DNA of 64,000 bases from the sequence record MZ681930.1; one strand, 5' to 3'. Within the stretch, counting starts at the first letter, position 1; every line of letters begins with the position of its first letter. This stretch comes from Enterobacteria phage phiC600P9. Of this stretch, positions 38,448-48,401 are shown piece after piece. Below the pieces are notes generated by a model. That model was not told where the DNA came from. It ran no database searches and saw only the letters and a program-made list of their open reading frames with translations. Position numbers and translations under genes: made by a program.

Positions 38448-38663
38448 TTAAATTTTCCAATTGCCATTTTCATCAATGAATTTAATCCAGTCATTTACTG
38501 ACCACTTGGTCGTATCGCCTTTTGGAGCAACATTTAAAGTGTATAATCCTTGTTTAAAAAGCATGCGTTTGATATTCATATTTTCCTCAGCTGTAACGAT
38601 AGCACTCGTTTGATTTACGTTTAGCAACTCGTTGAGAAGTATTATAATCAAAATCGTCATCAA
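38448..38663 (-). CDS. small hypothetical protein
   Basis: 71-aa ORF. Confidence 0.45.
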   Translation of the reverse strand: MMTILIIILLNELLNVNQTSAIVTAEENMNIKRMLFKQGLYTLNVAPKGDTTKWSVNDWIKFIDENGNWKI

Positions 38664-38925
38664 TGTAAACTGATTTTTTCAACTTTCTTACTTCACTACG
38701 TAATTGACGATTTAACTCATCTTTAACTTCTGAATCAATGCCTTTCATTCTACGCCATTTATCAGAGCGAAAAATGTTTTCAACCATATCTTTATGACTT
38801 ACGCCATCAGGAGCTTTACGCTTTCCGAAATAGTCATAATCACGTACTTTTAAATCTTTACGACGATACGTTTTACCCATGGAGTTTAATTTCCTTAGCA
38901 ACTGAACTAAATACAGCACGATCAC
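38587..38925 (-). CDS. basic hypothetical protein
   Basis: 112-aa ORF. Confidence 0.45.
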   Translation of the reverse strand: MIVLYLVQLLRKLNSMGKTYRRKDLKVRDYDYFGKRKAPDGVSHKDMVENIFRSDKWRRMKGIDSEVKDELNRQLRSEVRKLKKSVYIDDDFDYNTSQRVAKRKSNECYRYS

Positions 38926-39055
38926 AAATCATCTGTTTATGTAACTTGAGTATAAGATAATAAACTTCAAAACCGTTTACATAAGTAACACGAACAACAT
39001 TACCATTAATAAAATAATATTGTCCCTTTTTAATTTCTTTATCAACCACAACCAT
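38873..39055 (-). CDS. small hypothetical protein
   Basis: 60-aa ORF. Confidence 0.4.
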   Translation of the reverse strand: MVVVDKEIKKGQYYFINGNVVRVTYVNGFEVYYLILKLHKQMICDRAVFSSVAKEIKLHG

Positions 39056-39085
39056 ATCAAATCCTCAAAGGCAATTCATATGTTA

Positions 39086-39115
39086 ATAATACCACAGTTT
39101 GAACTTCTTGTAAAC
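39086..39115 (-). promoter_or_regulatory. early promoter (GTTTAC-N18-TGGTATTAT)
   Basis: plus strand ataataccacagtttgaacttcttgtaaac. Confidence 0.45.
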
Positions 39116-39194
39116 AACTTTGTGAAAATTATTTTAGGGAACGATAAGAAGGGAACGATAGCTTAGAATGGTAATATACAGAATGCGAGAAAGA

Positions 39195-39212
39195 AAGGCC
39201 CAGAGGGCCCGT
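39195..39212 (-). terminator. terminator-like hairpin downstream of nrdH
   Basis: minus strand GGGCCC-UCUG-GGCCU followed by UUCUUUCU. Confidence 0.45.
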
Positions 39213-39213
39213 C

Positions 39214-39540
39214 TTAGTCTTCTATGATATCTCTATCATATCCAAGTGAAATGAGAGTTTCTTTGAAGTGTTTAATGTTCTTTTGTCTAGAATCATTGAT
39301 GAAAATGACTGGATAACGAATGTTAAGAGATGTGAATCCAGCTCGTTTAGCAAGAGATACAATCAGTGGGCGATCATACTCAATCTTACCATTATTTGTA
39401 AGAACTTTATAGAAAGTAAAAGGAGCATTGAGCTCCTTTAGAAGTTTTGTAACTGATTGACATCCAGGACAACGACCTACTTCATCTGGAATTCCATAGA
39501 CTTCAATCTTATTCTTTAAGTTCGAGTTTTGTTCCACGAG
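39214..39540 (-). CDS. nrdH: glutaredoxin-like protein NrdH
   Basis: CPGC redox motif after KIEVYGIP; track ORF (39214..39666) is over-extended; true start uncertain, possibly GTG near 39540. Confidence 0.6.
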   Translation of the reverse strand, partial: LVEQNSNLKNKIEVYGIPDEVGRCPGCQSVTKLLKELNAPFTFYKVLTNNGKIEYDRPLIVSLAKRAGFTSLNIRYPVIFINDSRQKNIKHFKETLISLGYDRDIIED

Positions 39541-39820
39541 AAATAATTCCTTGATAAGCCCAGTATGGCGGGTTAACAGAATCATCGCCAGAATTTTCTT
39601 CAGGAAAATAAACCTGGATAACAAATCCAGATGCATCAAAGGTAAAATAAACCGTAGGCAGTTCACCTAACAATTCAGCACGAGCATTAATTTCTTCGAG
39701 ATCTCGTTCACGTCCAGCCCAAAAACTAGGATTTAGACTACATTCATAGAAATAATAGTCATTACCGAACATATCAAACCCCTTCCAACTCTCTACCACA
39801 TACTGCTCAAAACTAATCAT
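39509..39820 (-). CDS. hypothetical protein
   Basis: 103-aa ORF. Confidence 0.5.
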   Translation of the reverse strand: MISFEQYVVESWKGFDMFGNDYYFYECSLNPSFWAGRERDLEEINARAELLGELPTVYFTFDASGFVIQVYFPEENSGDDSVNPPYWAYQGIISRGTKLELKE

Positions 39821-39822
39821 AA

Positions 39823-40038
39823 TTAAGCCTTTTTATCAAGAACAGCATTCAGTTTGTTAGTAATTTTATCCAGACGCTCATTAAACTCGCTAGAAGATAA
39901 GCCTTTTTCTGGAGAAATTAAGCTAATCACGAAAAATATAGCAATAAAAGGAATAAGGAAAATAGCTCCAACTGCCATAAACAGAAAGAACGTTACAGTT
40001 GTAAGAAAATCAGCTAAACCTTTACGAAATTTATACAT
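39823..40038 (-). CDS. small membrane protein
   Basis: 71-aa ORF with a long hydrophobic segment. Confidence 0.5.
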   Translation of the reverse strand: MYKFRKGLADFLTTVTFFLFMAVGAIFLIPFIAIFFVISLISPEKGLSSSEFNERLDKITNKLNAVLDKKA

Positions 40039-40153
40039 ATTTTACCCTTAATTGATTAACCAAGCATTGATAAGCACTAAACTATATTGCGAATAAAATT
40101 CTGGACCAAAATGAAAAATCATATCATTTATAGTGTCCATAATATAATTCAAT

Positions 40154-40624
40154 TTAATCATGTTTCCACACCCCATCGGTATTTGACCAAAGTCGCTGAT
40201 TATCTGATCCTCGCCACAGCTTTTTGGTCGGAAGATTTTTCTCATACTTCCCATCAATAATAACATCAACATATTTAAGCATTTCTAGTTGTTTAATATC
40301 CTCAAACTTATATCCGGTCCACAACCAAATGCTTTTATTGGGATAAAGATTTTTTACTGTTTGAACAATGCAATGAATCACGTCTCTGTTATCAGGATAA
40401 AGAGGGTCACCTCCGGTTATAGTTAATCCTTCTATATAATCATTATTCAAACATTCAATCAATTGTTCTAATGTTTCACCAGTGAATGGAATACCATTTC
40501 TAGCATTCCATGTTGATTTATTATAACACCCTTCGCATTTATGCAAACACCCTGTAACGAAAAGAACGACCCTGCATCCAGGGCCATTCACAAAATCACA
40601 GGGATAAAATCTATCGTAATTCAT
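40154..40624 (-). CDS. nrdG: anaerobic ribonucleotide reductase activating protein (radical SAM)
   Basis: 156-aa ORF with Cys cluster CLHKCEGC. Confidence 0.85.
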   Translation of the reverse strand: MNYDRFYPCDFVNGPGCRVVLFVTGCLHKCEGCYNKSTWNARNGIPFTGETLEQLIECLNNDYIEGLTITGGDPLYPDNRDVIHCIVQTVKNLYPNKSIWLWTGYKFEDIKQLEMLKYVDVIIDGKYEKNLPTKKLWRGSDNQRLWSNTDGVWKHD

Positions 40625-42438
40625 TGGTGTTTAACCCTATGCATGATTTCTTTATTTTTGCCGAGATTAAATCCGCGTTCGTTCGGATTTCCAAGATAAC
40701 CGCATGTTCTTCTTATTGTGTTCATCTTTTTAGGATCAGTTTCTCCACAAATAGAACAAACAAATCCGTTTTCAGTAGGAGTCATTTCATGGGTACTTCC
40801 ACATGTAAAACATTTATCTACTGGCATATTAACACCGAAATAATCTAAATGTTGTGCAGCATAATCCCATACAGCCTCAAGACCTTTTAGGTTATTTTTC
40901 ATATCAGGAAGTTCAACATAAGAAATGTGACCACCTGTCGCAATGAAATGATACGGAGCTTCGCGAGAAATCTTTTCAAACGGTGTAATATTTTCTTCTA
41001 CTGAAACGTGGAAACTGTTAGTATACCAGCCTTTATCGGTAACATCTTTTACACTTCCATATTTTTCGGTATCAAGTTTACAGAAGCGATAGCACAGGTT
41101 TTCAGCAGGAGTAGAATACAAACTAAAAGCAAAACCAGTTCTTTCAGTCCACTGCTTAAGACGAGCATTCATTTTAGTCAAAATTTCTTGCCCAATATCA
41201 CGACCGACAAGAATATTCAATTCGTGAATACCAATGTATCCTAAGGACACTGAACTTCTACCGTTTTTAAATAACTCAATTATATCGTCATCAGGTTTAA
41301 GACGAACCCCGAATGCACCTTCTTGATAAAGAATAGGAGCAACAGTCGCTTTAACTCCTTTTAAGGAACTGATTCTACACATCAAAGCTTCAAAACATAA
41401 ATCCATTCGTTCATTGAACAATTCGGCAAATTTCTGTTCATTGAACTGTGTTCCAATATAAGAATCTAACGCAATTCGAGGAAGATTCAGTGTTACAACA
41501 CCAAGATTATTACGTCCATCAAGAATTTCATTACCAGTCGAATCTTTCCATACGCCCAAGAAACTACGACAACCCATTGGAGAAACAGGAATAGATGAAC
41601 CAGTGATAGCTTTATTGTTCTTAGCCGAAATGATGTCAGGATACATTCTTTTGCTTGCACACTCTAGAGCAAGCTGCTTAATATCATAGTTCGGATCGTC
41701 TTTATAAAGATTAACACCTTCTTCAACGAACATAACAAGTTTAGGGAAAATAGGAGTTATCCCGTCACGACCGAGACCTTTAATACGATTTTTCAGAATT
41801 GCTTTCTGAATCATTCGTTCAGTCCAGTCAGTTCCCGTACCAAATGTAATTGTTACAAAAGGCGTTTGCCCGTTTGAACTAAAGAGAGTATTTACTTCAT
41901 ATTCATAAGCTTGAAATGCATCGTATACGTCTTTTTCTGTTTTAGATTGAGCATAATTCAACGCATCGGCGATTTGCCATTTTTCTGCATCTTCAATATG
42001 TTTTGCATAGGTGCGTTTAACATAAGGAGAAAGTACTTTATCTACATTAGCAAAAGTCGTTCCGCCATATTGATGGGAAGCAACTTGCGCAGTAATTTGT
42101 GCCATAATTGCAGTAGCAACGCCAATTGATTTAGGAGTTTCAATCTGTGCATTACCAAGCTTAAATCCGTTCTCAAGCATTCCTTTTAAATCTACTAAAC
42201 AACAATTAGTAAATGGAAGAGCAGGGGAATAATCAATATCATGGAAATGAATAATTCCGCTTTCATGCGCTTTCATAATAAAAGACGGGACCATATTTTT
42301 GGCAATGTGTTTAGACACAATACCAGCCATAAGGTCCCGTTGAGTTGGAAAAACACGAGAATCTTTATTAGCATTCTCGTTTAAAAGGTCTTTATTAGTT
42401 TTATGAATCAATCCTTCAATTTCTTTTTCAATTGTCAT
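40621..42438 (-). CDS. nrdD: anaerobic ribonucleoside-triphosphate reductase, uninterrupted
   Basis: 605-aa ORF with C-terminal glycyl-radical region and zinc ribbon (CFTCGS...CSICG); no intron. Confidence 0.9.
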   Translation of the reverse strand: MTIEKEIEGLIHKTNKDLLNENANKDSRVFPTQRDLMAGIVSKHIAKNMVPSFIMKAHESGIIHFHDIDYSPALPFTNCCLVDLKGMLENGFKLGNAQIETPKSIGVATAIMAQITAQVASHQYGGTTFANVDKVLSPYVKRTYAKHIEDAEKWQIADALNYAQSKTEKDVYDAFQAYEYEVNTLFSSNGQTPFVTITFGTGTDWTERMIQKAILKNRIKGLGRDGITPIFPKLVMFVEEGVNLYKDDPNYDIKQLALECASKRMYPDIISAKNNKAITGSSIPVSPMGCRSFLGVWKDSTGNEILDGRNNLGVVTLNLPRIALDSYIGTQFNEQKFAELFNERMDLCFEALMCRISSLKGVKATVAPILYQEGAFGVRLKPDDDIIELFKNGRSSVSLGYIGIHELNILVGRDIGQEILTKMNARLKQWTERTGFAFSLYSTPAENLCYRFCKLDTEKYGSVKDVTDKGWYTNSFHVSVEENITPFEKISREAPYHFIATGGHISYVELPDMKNNLKGLEAVWDYAAQHLDYFGVNMPVDKCFTCGSTHEMTPTENGFVCSICGETDPKKMNTIRRTCGYLGNPNERGFNLGKNKEIMHRVKHQ

Positions 42439-42908
42439 TTTAAACTCTTTCTAAGCTGCTTCTTAAATGAAGCTATTAATTGTGTTTTGGTGTCAGATTC
42501 ATTATATTCAAATCCTCTTTGAAGCATCTCAGCCATCATTTCCTCTTTTCCTAAACGAGAAAATTCCTTTGATTTATCTCCAACGAAGTTAGGGTGAATA
42601 TTATTTTGGGTGTAATCGGATTTTAAATAAGTAAGTAAATTTTCTAACCATTCAAGATAATCAACACCTTGTCCCTTTAAGCCAGAACGATTAAATTTAT
42701 GCTTCATTTGACCTTCTGCAGCATTACAGAGATTACACAGCAACCCACGTACCTTTCCTGCTTTCGGTCCATTTAATTCATGGTCATGGTCAAGATGATT
42801 AGCTTGAACATCAGGATTTAATTCTCGTTGGCAAATTAAGCATTTACCGTTTTGTGCATCATAAAATTTTTGTTTTTCTTCTTTGTACAATTTGCCAGTC
42901 AATAACAT
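42435..42908 (-). CDS. 49: recombination endonuclease VII (Holliday junction resolvase)
   Basis: 157-aa ORF essentially matching T4 endo VII as recalled (CLICQRELNPD...HLDHDHELNG). Confidence 0.95.
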   Translation of the reverse strand: MLLTGKLYKEEKQKFYDAQNGKCLICQRELNPDVQANHLDHDHELNGPKAGKVRGLLCNLCNAAEGQMKHKFNRSGLKGQGVDYLEWLENLLTYLKSDYTQNNIHPNFVGDKSKEFSRLGKEEMMAEMLQRGFEYNESDTKTQLIASFKKQLRKSLK

Positions 42909-42914
42909 AATAAA

Positions 42915-42945
42915 ACCCTTACCTTGAATAGATAAGGGTATTTAT
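42915..42945 (-). promoter_or_regulatory. RNA hairpin over the gene 49 ribosome-binding region
   Basis: inverted repeat cccttac...gataaggg immediately upstream of the gene 49 ATG. Confidence 0.4.
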
Positions 42946-42957
42946 TATTTTCAAGTA

Positions 42958-43422
42958 TTAAAACGCTCGGTCAGAAAAAGAAATTTGAGTTTCAAGCCAT
43001 TCAATATATTCTGCCGCAGCTTGCATTAAATTTCCTTCATAGCCATCGTTGTTTTCTTGCGCAGCTAATTTAGCTAATGCATATGAAATGCGTTCACCTT
43101 GAAAAGCGGCTTTAGGTTTATGAATAGCTTGATCAACTCGTTCTACAACTTCTTCAATCTCGCCATTTTCTACTGATTCATTATTCCACAAGCACCAATA
43201 CGTAATTGGCTTATCATAGATGTTAATAATCTTTCCATCAGAAAGTTCAATTTCAATAATTCCAGTATCAGGTTCTATATCATCTTCGCATTCTTTTGCG
43301 AGTTCACGAACTTTAAAGACAGTACCTGCACTAAGTTCTGGCCAATAATTACATAGCCCTTTATCAGCACGATTAATTCTAAACCACTTATCTACTGTAA
43401 TCATGTCCCATCTCCATATCAA
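42958..43422 (-). CDS. hypothetical protein at the pin locus (possible protease inhibitor Pin)
   Basis: 154-aa ORF; true start may be the internal MITVDKW. Confidence 0.4.
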   Translation of the reverse strand: MIWRWDMITVDKWFRINRADKGLCNYWPELSAGTVFKVRELAKECEDDIEPDTGIIEIELSDGKIINIYDKPITYWCLWNNESVENGEIEEVVERVDQAIHKPKAAFQGERISYALAKLAAQENNDGYEGNLMQAAAEYIEWLETQISFSDRAF

Positions 43423-43527
43423 TTAAGTCATTTATCGTAGGTTCATTATATACTGTTTCTTCATCAGTGTAAACCGGTTCTTCCGGCTCTGGCTCTACTG
43501 TTTCCCATCTAGCCGCCCACCAAGGTT

Positions 43528-43848
43528 TTATAGCGTAATCCATTCTCGTATTGTCTGAGTTACTACACGTTCACGGGGCTCGACTAGTTCAACAGTCGGA
43601 ACTGCATAATACCAGTCAGAATGGTAAGAACCTGAGCGAGATTCATTTACAGACACATGAACGTTATGTTTTGGACTAAAATAAACGCACTGCCGATATT
43701 GGCATTTGCCATCTTGTACCCAATCTTCTATTTCGACAGGTTTAAGATAATCCGAAAAATCGAAATCATAATTTTCTGAAAATGCATCATGGTCTTCGAT
43801 GATTTCACTCAGAACTGCATCAACATCTAATTTATTTTCAATAGTCAT
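43528..43848 (-). CDS. hypothetical protein
   Basis: 106-aa ORF. Confidence 0.5.
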   Translation of the reverse strand: MTIENKLDVDAVLSEIIEDHDAFSENYDFDFSDYLKPVEIEDWVQDGKCQYRQCVYFSPKHNVHVSVNESRSGSYHSDWYYAVPTVELVEPRERVVTQTIREWITL

Positions 43849-43858
43849 TTGTCACCAA

Positions 43859-44068
43859 TTAATTTCGCAATTTATTAAGTTCTTCATAATCAATCCAGGA
43901 TTCTAATCCTGATGGCAAATCAGATTCAATTTCCCAAAGAAGCTCTTCAATTTTCTGAAGACGATCTAATTCTTCGGCTGGAATAGTAACCATTGACGGA
44001 GTTCTTGATACACTAATATCGTAAATCATATTTACCCCAGTTTGACCATGCAATCGCCATATTTCCAT
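43859..44068 (-). CDS. small hypothetical protein
   Basis: 69-aa ORF. Confidence 0.45.
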   Translation of the reverse strand: MEIWRLHGQTGVNMIYDISVSRTPSMVTIPAEELDRLQKIEELLWEIESDLPSGLESWIDYEELNKLRN

Positions 44069-44247
44069 TTAGAAATAGACTTTTCACCGTTAGAATAATA
44101 AACTTCGAGTTTAGCACGATTATTTTTAATTTGAATAACCTTTGCTGTCATCAAAGTTCCATACCCGTAATAAACTGCAACCTCATCACCCACATATACC
44201 GCGCTTCCGCGGTAGTCATGGATATAATCAGTTCCTTCGAGCATCAT
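44032..44247 (-). CDS. small hypothetical protein
   Basis: 71-aa ORF coupled to nrdC. Confidence 0.45.
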   Translation of the reverse strand: MMLEGTDYIHDYRGSAVYVGDEVAVYYGYGTLMTAKVIQIKNNRAKLEVYYSNGEKSISKWKYGDCMVKLG

Positions 44248-44507
44248 TTAAAGTATTCCCGCAATTGGTCAAATCCACCAATATGACTTCCATCAGGAGC
44301 AAATACTTGTGGCATCGTCAGTCCAATTTGAGTATCACGACCCAGTTTAGTTAGAAGCTCAGCGATTTTCTCATCATCAAAAACACCTTTTTCCGGCATA
44401 ATGTTGATAAATTCAAACGGCTGTTTCTTCACAGTCAAGAGACGTTTTGCATTATCGCAATACACGCATTTATGGATGCTGCTATCATAACCATATACTT
44501 TAAACAT
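44244..44507 (-). CDS. nrdC: thioredoxin/glutaredoxin NrdC
   Basis: 87-aa ORF with CVYC active site, T4 NrdC length. Confidence 0.85.
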   Translation of the reverse strand: MFKVYGYDSSIHKCVYCDNAKRLLTVKKQPFEFINIMPEKGVFDDEKIAELLTKLGRDTQIGLTMPQVFAPDGSHIGGFDQLREYFK

Positions 44508-44508
44508 A

Positions 44509-44799
44509 TTATTCCTTAATTCCTAGTACTTGTTTAAAAGTCTCGTCATAATCAAGACTTTGGCCAGTTTGTTCTTTATGTTTGTATATAATATCACTTA
44601 CTTCTGATAGCATATTTTTATATGAACGAGTTAAAGCAGATTTAAGCACGCTGTATCTATCAGGAAATTTACCATGTTCATTATAATAAGCTATTGCTAA
44701 TTCACGGACTGCCTTTTCAGCAGTCTCCATATATTCTTTACGCTTGGTCATTTTCTTCTCGGTTAAATCGGTGTTTGCAATGACGACATTTATATTCAA
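44509..44799 (-). CDS. hypothetical protein
   Basis: 96-aa ORF. Confidence 0.5.
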
Positions 44800-45055
44800 G
44801 CTCTGGTTTACGCCAGTTAATCAATTGGACCTGTTCAGTACCACATTTTGGGCAGTTCGGAACATTCTTAGAAGCCCTTTCGCGGCGTTCAACCATAACC
44901 ATAATGGCATCCCAAGCAGGAGGTTTAAAGTCTAGATCGTCACAGCCATGAATCTTTCCACGCATTTCCAGATCGTCTTCTTCACCAGCCATAATGATTT
45001 TAATTAGACTGGAATTACTTGAAGCTGCAATATCTTCTAATAGACGCTTTTTCAT
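44738..45055 (-). CDS. zinc-ribbon protein
   Basis: 105-aa ORF with CPKCG...CRHCKH. Confidence 0.5.
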
Positions 45056-45978
45056 TTCAATACCTCAATAGCATTACGTAAACCATTTGCTTTTGCATTA
45101 AGAGCTTTTAACAATTTGGTATGTTCGGCAATCTGGACTTCAACTTCAATCAAACGAGCATTGAGATATTCACGTTCTTCGCTCAAGTTATCAATCTTTT
45201 CTACTTTAGGTTCTTTTACAACTGGCTTATATGTATTAGGGTTCTTCAGTTTAATTAGAATGCGTGAACTGTATAACATTGAACCATTATCTTCGGTTTC
45301 GTCATACATTTCCACTACGTCCATCATCTCCACCATCGTGCAGAGTTTATAAGACAACGAACGAATAGTTTTGTTGTGCTTATTAATTTCTCTAGCTGTC
45401 ATGGTGCCGAGATTACGTGAGTAATAATAAGGAACCTGGATATTAATTAATACTGATGAACCACCCGGCTTGTGTGTTACTTCATCGGCAATAACCCAGT
45501 CCTTAACATGAACTGTATTTGTACGGTCATCGCCCGCGGTAAATAGTTTACGAGCATGCTTAAAAAGCATATTCACTTGGTCATTGAATTGACAAGCGAA
45601 TTTATCAGCAAATTTAGTTTCAGGAATGGTAGATAACCAATCAGCCAAATGAGTCTTTTTAACATCGTTAACAATAGTAAATTCAACCAAATCGGTTATA
45701 GATGTCGCAGATTTAATGAAGCTCGGCTTCATAAAGTTTTTAATGTTATCACTAGCTACAGTAGAAGATAACAGACGAGAACGTTTAAACCATTCAAGCA
45801 AATTGCCTAACGAATGAGAATAAGCGTTTTGAGTATCTTTACAGATATGATTTTCCTGGCCAACATATTGAAGGAAATCGCGAAGAATATTATTGATTAC
45901 TGCTCTGTGCCCGATCTGATAATTACGATGTTTAGTAATAAGACTGTCAAAATAATCAATATAATGTTTACGAGTCAT
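45052..45978 (-). CDS. hypothetical protein with C-terminal coiled coil
   Basis: track ORF 45052..46008 extends into the promoter; MTRKHYIDYF is the likely start. Confidence 0.5.
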   Translation of the reverse strand: MTRKHYIDYFDSLITKHRNYQIGHRAVINNILRDFLQYVGQENHICKDTQNAYSHSLGNLLEWFKRSRLLSSTVASDNIKNFMKPSFIKSATSITDLVEFTIVNDVKKTHLADWLSTIPETKFADKFACQFNDQVNMLFKHARKLFTAGDDRTNTVHVKDWVIADEVTHKPGGSSVLINIQVPYYYSRNLGTMTAREINKHNKTIRSLSYKLCTMVEMMDVVEMYDETEDNGSMLYSSRILIKLKNPNTYKPVVKEPKVEKIDNLSEEREYLNARLIEVEVQIAEHTKLLKALNAKANGLRNAIEVLK

Positions 45979-46007
45979 ATTAATCTCCTCAGTAGAAAGT
46001 AAGAACA

Positions 46008-46036
46008 TTATACCACATCCTTGTGGTAAAGTAAAC
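46008..46036 (-). promoter_or_regulatory. early promoter (GTTTAC-N18-TGGTATAAT), near-identical copy of the rIIA.1 promoter
   Basis: plus strand attataccacatccttgtggtaaagtaaac. Confidence 0.55.
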
Positions 46037-46494
46037 TAGTTCAGTGCATTTAGTGCATTGTTCAGTTTAGAACGTTGTTTCATAAGATTTTTGACTTTTT
46101 CTTGAGCTTTTTCTAGCATCTTTTCAGCTTCTAACACTTCATTAGTTGCTTTAACCAGTTCATCATCTACTGCTTTAAGAGAATTCTCAATCGCATCTGC
46201 ATGCCATTTTTCAACAGGTTTAAGACTCGGATTTTCAACAGGAAGAAAATTCACTTTATTGAATTTCCATGCATCCTTATTACCTGAACTATACATCCAA
46301 AATTTAGGATCGTTTGATGAGTAATTGGATAAATTTAAATTTAAGTTATCTTGCACTTCTTGCTTTTTCTCTTGCGCGACTTCATCCTTTCTCAAAAAAT
46401 CGTATTTAAATGAAACGATCATATCAAGTTCATATGTTGTTGTGTCTAATAAACGAGGTAAAATCTTAGACTGAACAGCGGCAACAACAGTCAA
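46036..46494 (-). CDS. hypothetical protein with C-terminal coiled coil
   Basis: 152-aa ORF. Confidence 0.5.
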   Translation of the reverse strand: MTVVAAVQSKILPRLLDTTTYELDMIVSFKYDFLRKDEVAQEKKQEVQDNLNLNLSNYSSNDPKFWMYSSGNKDAWKFNKVNFLPVENPSLKPVEKWHADAIENSLKAVDDELVKATNEVLEAEKMLEKAQEKVKNLMKQRSKLNNALNALN

Positions 46495-46501
46495 CTGCGA
46501 T

Positions 46502-47032
46502 TTAAGGCATTCGCAAATTGAAAGAGAATTTTTTTGTATTAGGTTTAAAGCTAATTCGTGCAGTTCTGTTATTTTCTTTTAATGGTCTTACTTCCATCTG
46601 AAGAGTATAACCATCAAATTTCAAGTTCTTTAAGTTAATATCAGAACCTTTTAATCGACTCGCAGTTGATAAAATTTGCTTTAATTGTCTACGGAACAGA
46701 GCAATAAATCTCCATTCAATACGATAATGATTTGGATTGAAAAATCCAGATGATAAATCGACCTTACTTTGACCAACGCCTTGAACAAATAAAGGATTTT
46801 TATAATCAATAGTTTTACAGAAATCGGTGAGCTGCTCACGAGCCGTCATTTGTGTAATATACCCTGCTTTACTAAAATTACGCACCCATTCACTGCTATT
46901 CGTATACTTAAAGTGATGAATAACACGATTAACTTTATCAGGGTCTAAATTATTTTCACACAAAAATGTCATAACATCACGAGTATAACTGGCATTACGA
47001 ACCATATCTTCAATTTGAGAACGAGTTTTCAT
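46502..47032 (-). CDS. hypothetical protein
   Basis: 176-aa ORF. Confidence 0.5.
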   Translation of the reverse strand: MKTRSQIEDMVRNASYTRDVMTFLCENNLDPDKVNRVIHHFKYTNSSEWVRNFSKAGYITQMTAREQLTDFCKTIDYKNPLFVQGVGQSKVDLSSGFFNPNHYRIEWRFIALFRRQLKQILSTASRLKGSDINLKNLKFDGYTLQMEVRPLKENNRTARISFKPNTKKFSFNLRMP

Positions 47033-47040
47033 GGTGTTCC

Positions 47041-47967
47041 TTAAGATTTAAGTAAATCAACAATTTTAATTAACTTTTCACGCTCAGATTTAGCTTTACT
47101 ATTCAGTCCAGATAGTCTGAAAATTTCATCATCATATTGTTGAATAGAAATATTCAGCTCTTCAATTTGCTTATTAAAATAATCAATTTGTTCAGAATGT
47201 TTTTCGTTACTACGAACTGGTACAGGTTTCGTAGGCAATGTAGTTGAACTGGATTCATCCGGGCGATAAATCAAAATGCAATTTGAACCAATCGGGCATT
47301 TAGCACCAGACGTATATTCTAATGTTCCAGCTTCTTTTAAAACTTCAAAAGCTAAACAGAGATGATGCCCCATATTAACATAATATGTAGAGTGAGCTCT
47401 GATGTAATAATCATCTCCACGAATACTAAATTTAAAGCATTTAAGGTCTTCTGTATTATTGGTCTTAAAAATCATTTGTTTATCTAGACCTTTAGCTAAT
47501 CGAGCGCCCAATGCTAATAATCGTCGTTGATTTTCCCACAAATCCGCTATCATTTGATCGAATGATAATTTTGGCATCAGTCGACCATAAAGGTCATATC
47601 CTTTATTATAATTACGAAGGATTTCACTCGCGTTAATACGAGACAATGCTCCAATTTTATTAAGGGCTTTCATAATGCGATTAGATAAACTCATTCCAGA
47701 CCCATTTGTTCGATGTAGATGTTTTTCTAATCCAAATCCAATATCAACTTTAAACTTATCTAAAATTTCGGCATGAACATCTCTGTCAATAACATTCAAA
47801 TTCAGAGTTGAGTTAAATCTATGAAAAAATTTATCTGGCTCTCCACGGCGAAATACAGTCCATTCATTCATCATTTTTTTATTAACTAAAGATTTAATTA
47901 CTGCATTGACATTATTAATTACTACTGACATATTTTCCTCACTCAATTTCAATTTTACTAAATACAC
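47041..47967 (-). CDS. hypothetical protein with C-terminal coiled coil
   Basis: 308-aa ORF. Confidence 0.5.
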   Translation of the reverse strand: MYLVKLKLSEENMSVVINNVNAVIKSLVNKKMMNEWTVFRRGEPDKFFHRFNSTLNLNVIDRDVHAEILDKFKVDIGFGLEKHLHRTNGSGMSLSNRIMKALNKIGALSRINASEILRNYNKGYDLYGRLMPKLSFDQMIADLWENQRRLLALGARLAKGLDKQMIFKTNNTEDLKCFKFSIRGDDYYIRAHSTYYVNMGHHLCLAFEVLKEAGTLEYTSGAKCPIGSNCILIYRPDESSSTTLPTKPVPVRSNEKHSEQIDYFNKQIEELNISIQQYDDEIFRLSGLNSKAKSEREKLIKIVDLLKS

Positions 47968-48346
47968 AGAATATGATTGAACAGACTACATAAGCGCCAC
48001 ACACGGATTGAACTAATACCATCCCAAAGAACCAAACAATATTATCAAACAGTGTCTGTTTTACGTCGAAAGGACGTAAACTTACAGTAATATTATCACC
48101 TTTTTCTATTGAAGAATACATCTCTGGGGAAATATATTCACTAAATCTATAACCGTCTTTAAGTTCATATACGGCAATAAACGATAAACTAGACCCTTTT
48201 CCTTGTGTTCCTGTAATGGTATTAACTACAGTAACATCATAATCTTTATAATGCATATAATCATTAATTGCGTAATAACCGTATGCAACTACTACACATA
48301 AACAACATATCAATAAATTCAATCTTTTAATTATCAACTGTTTCAT
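47939..48346 (-). CDS. membrane protein
   Basis: 135-aa ORF with TM segments at both ends. Confidence 0.5.
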   Translation of the reverse strand: MKQLIIKRLNLLICCLCVVVAYGYYAINDYMHYKDYDVTVVNTITGTQGKGSSLSFIAVYELKDGYRFSEYISPEMYSSIEKGDNITVSLRPFDVKQTLFDNIVWFFGMVLVQSVCGAYVVCSIIFCVFSKIEIE

Positions 48347-48401
48347 AATAATCTCAATTAAAAGGGCTTAGAACCATTATACCATCCTTGGTATAAAGCG
48401 G

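Noticed and set aside
40621-42438. Group I intron or intron-encoded endonuclease in nrdD
   Set aside because: nrdD is one continuous 605-aa ORF with no internal stop or inserted ORF.
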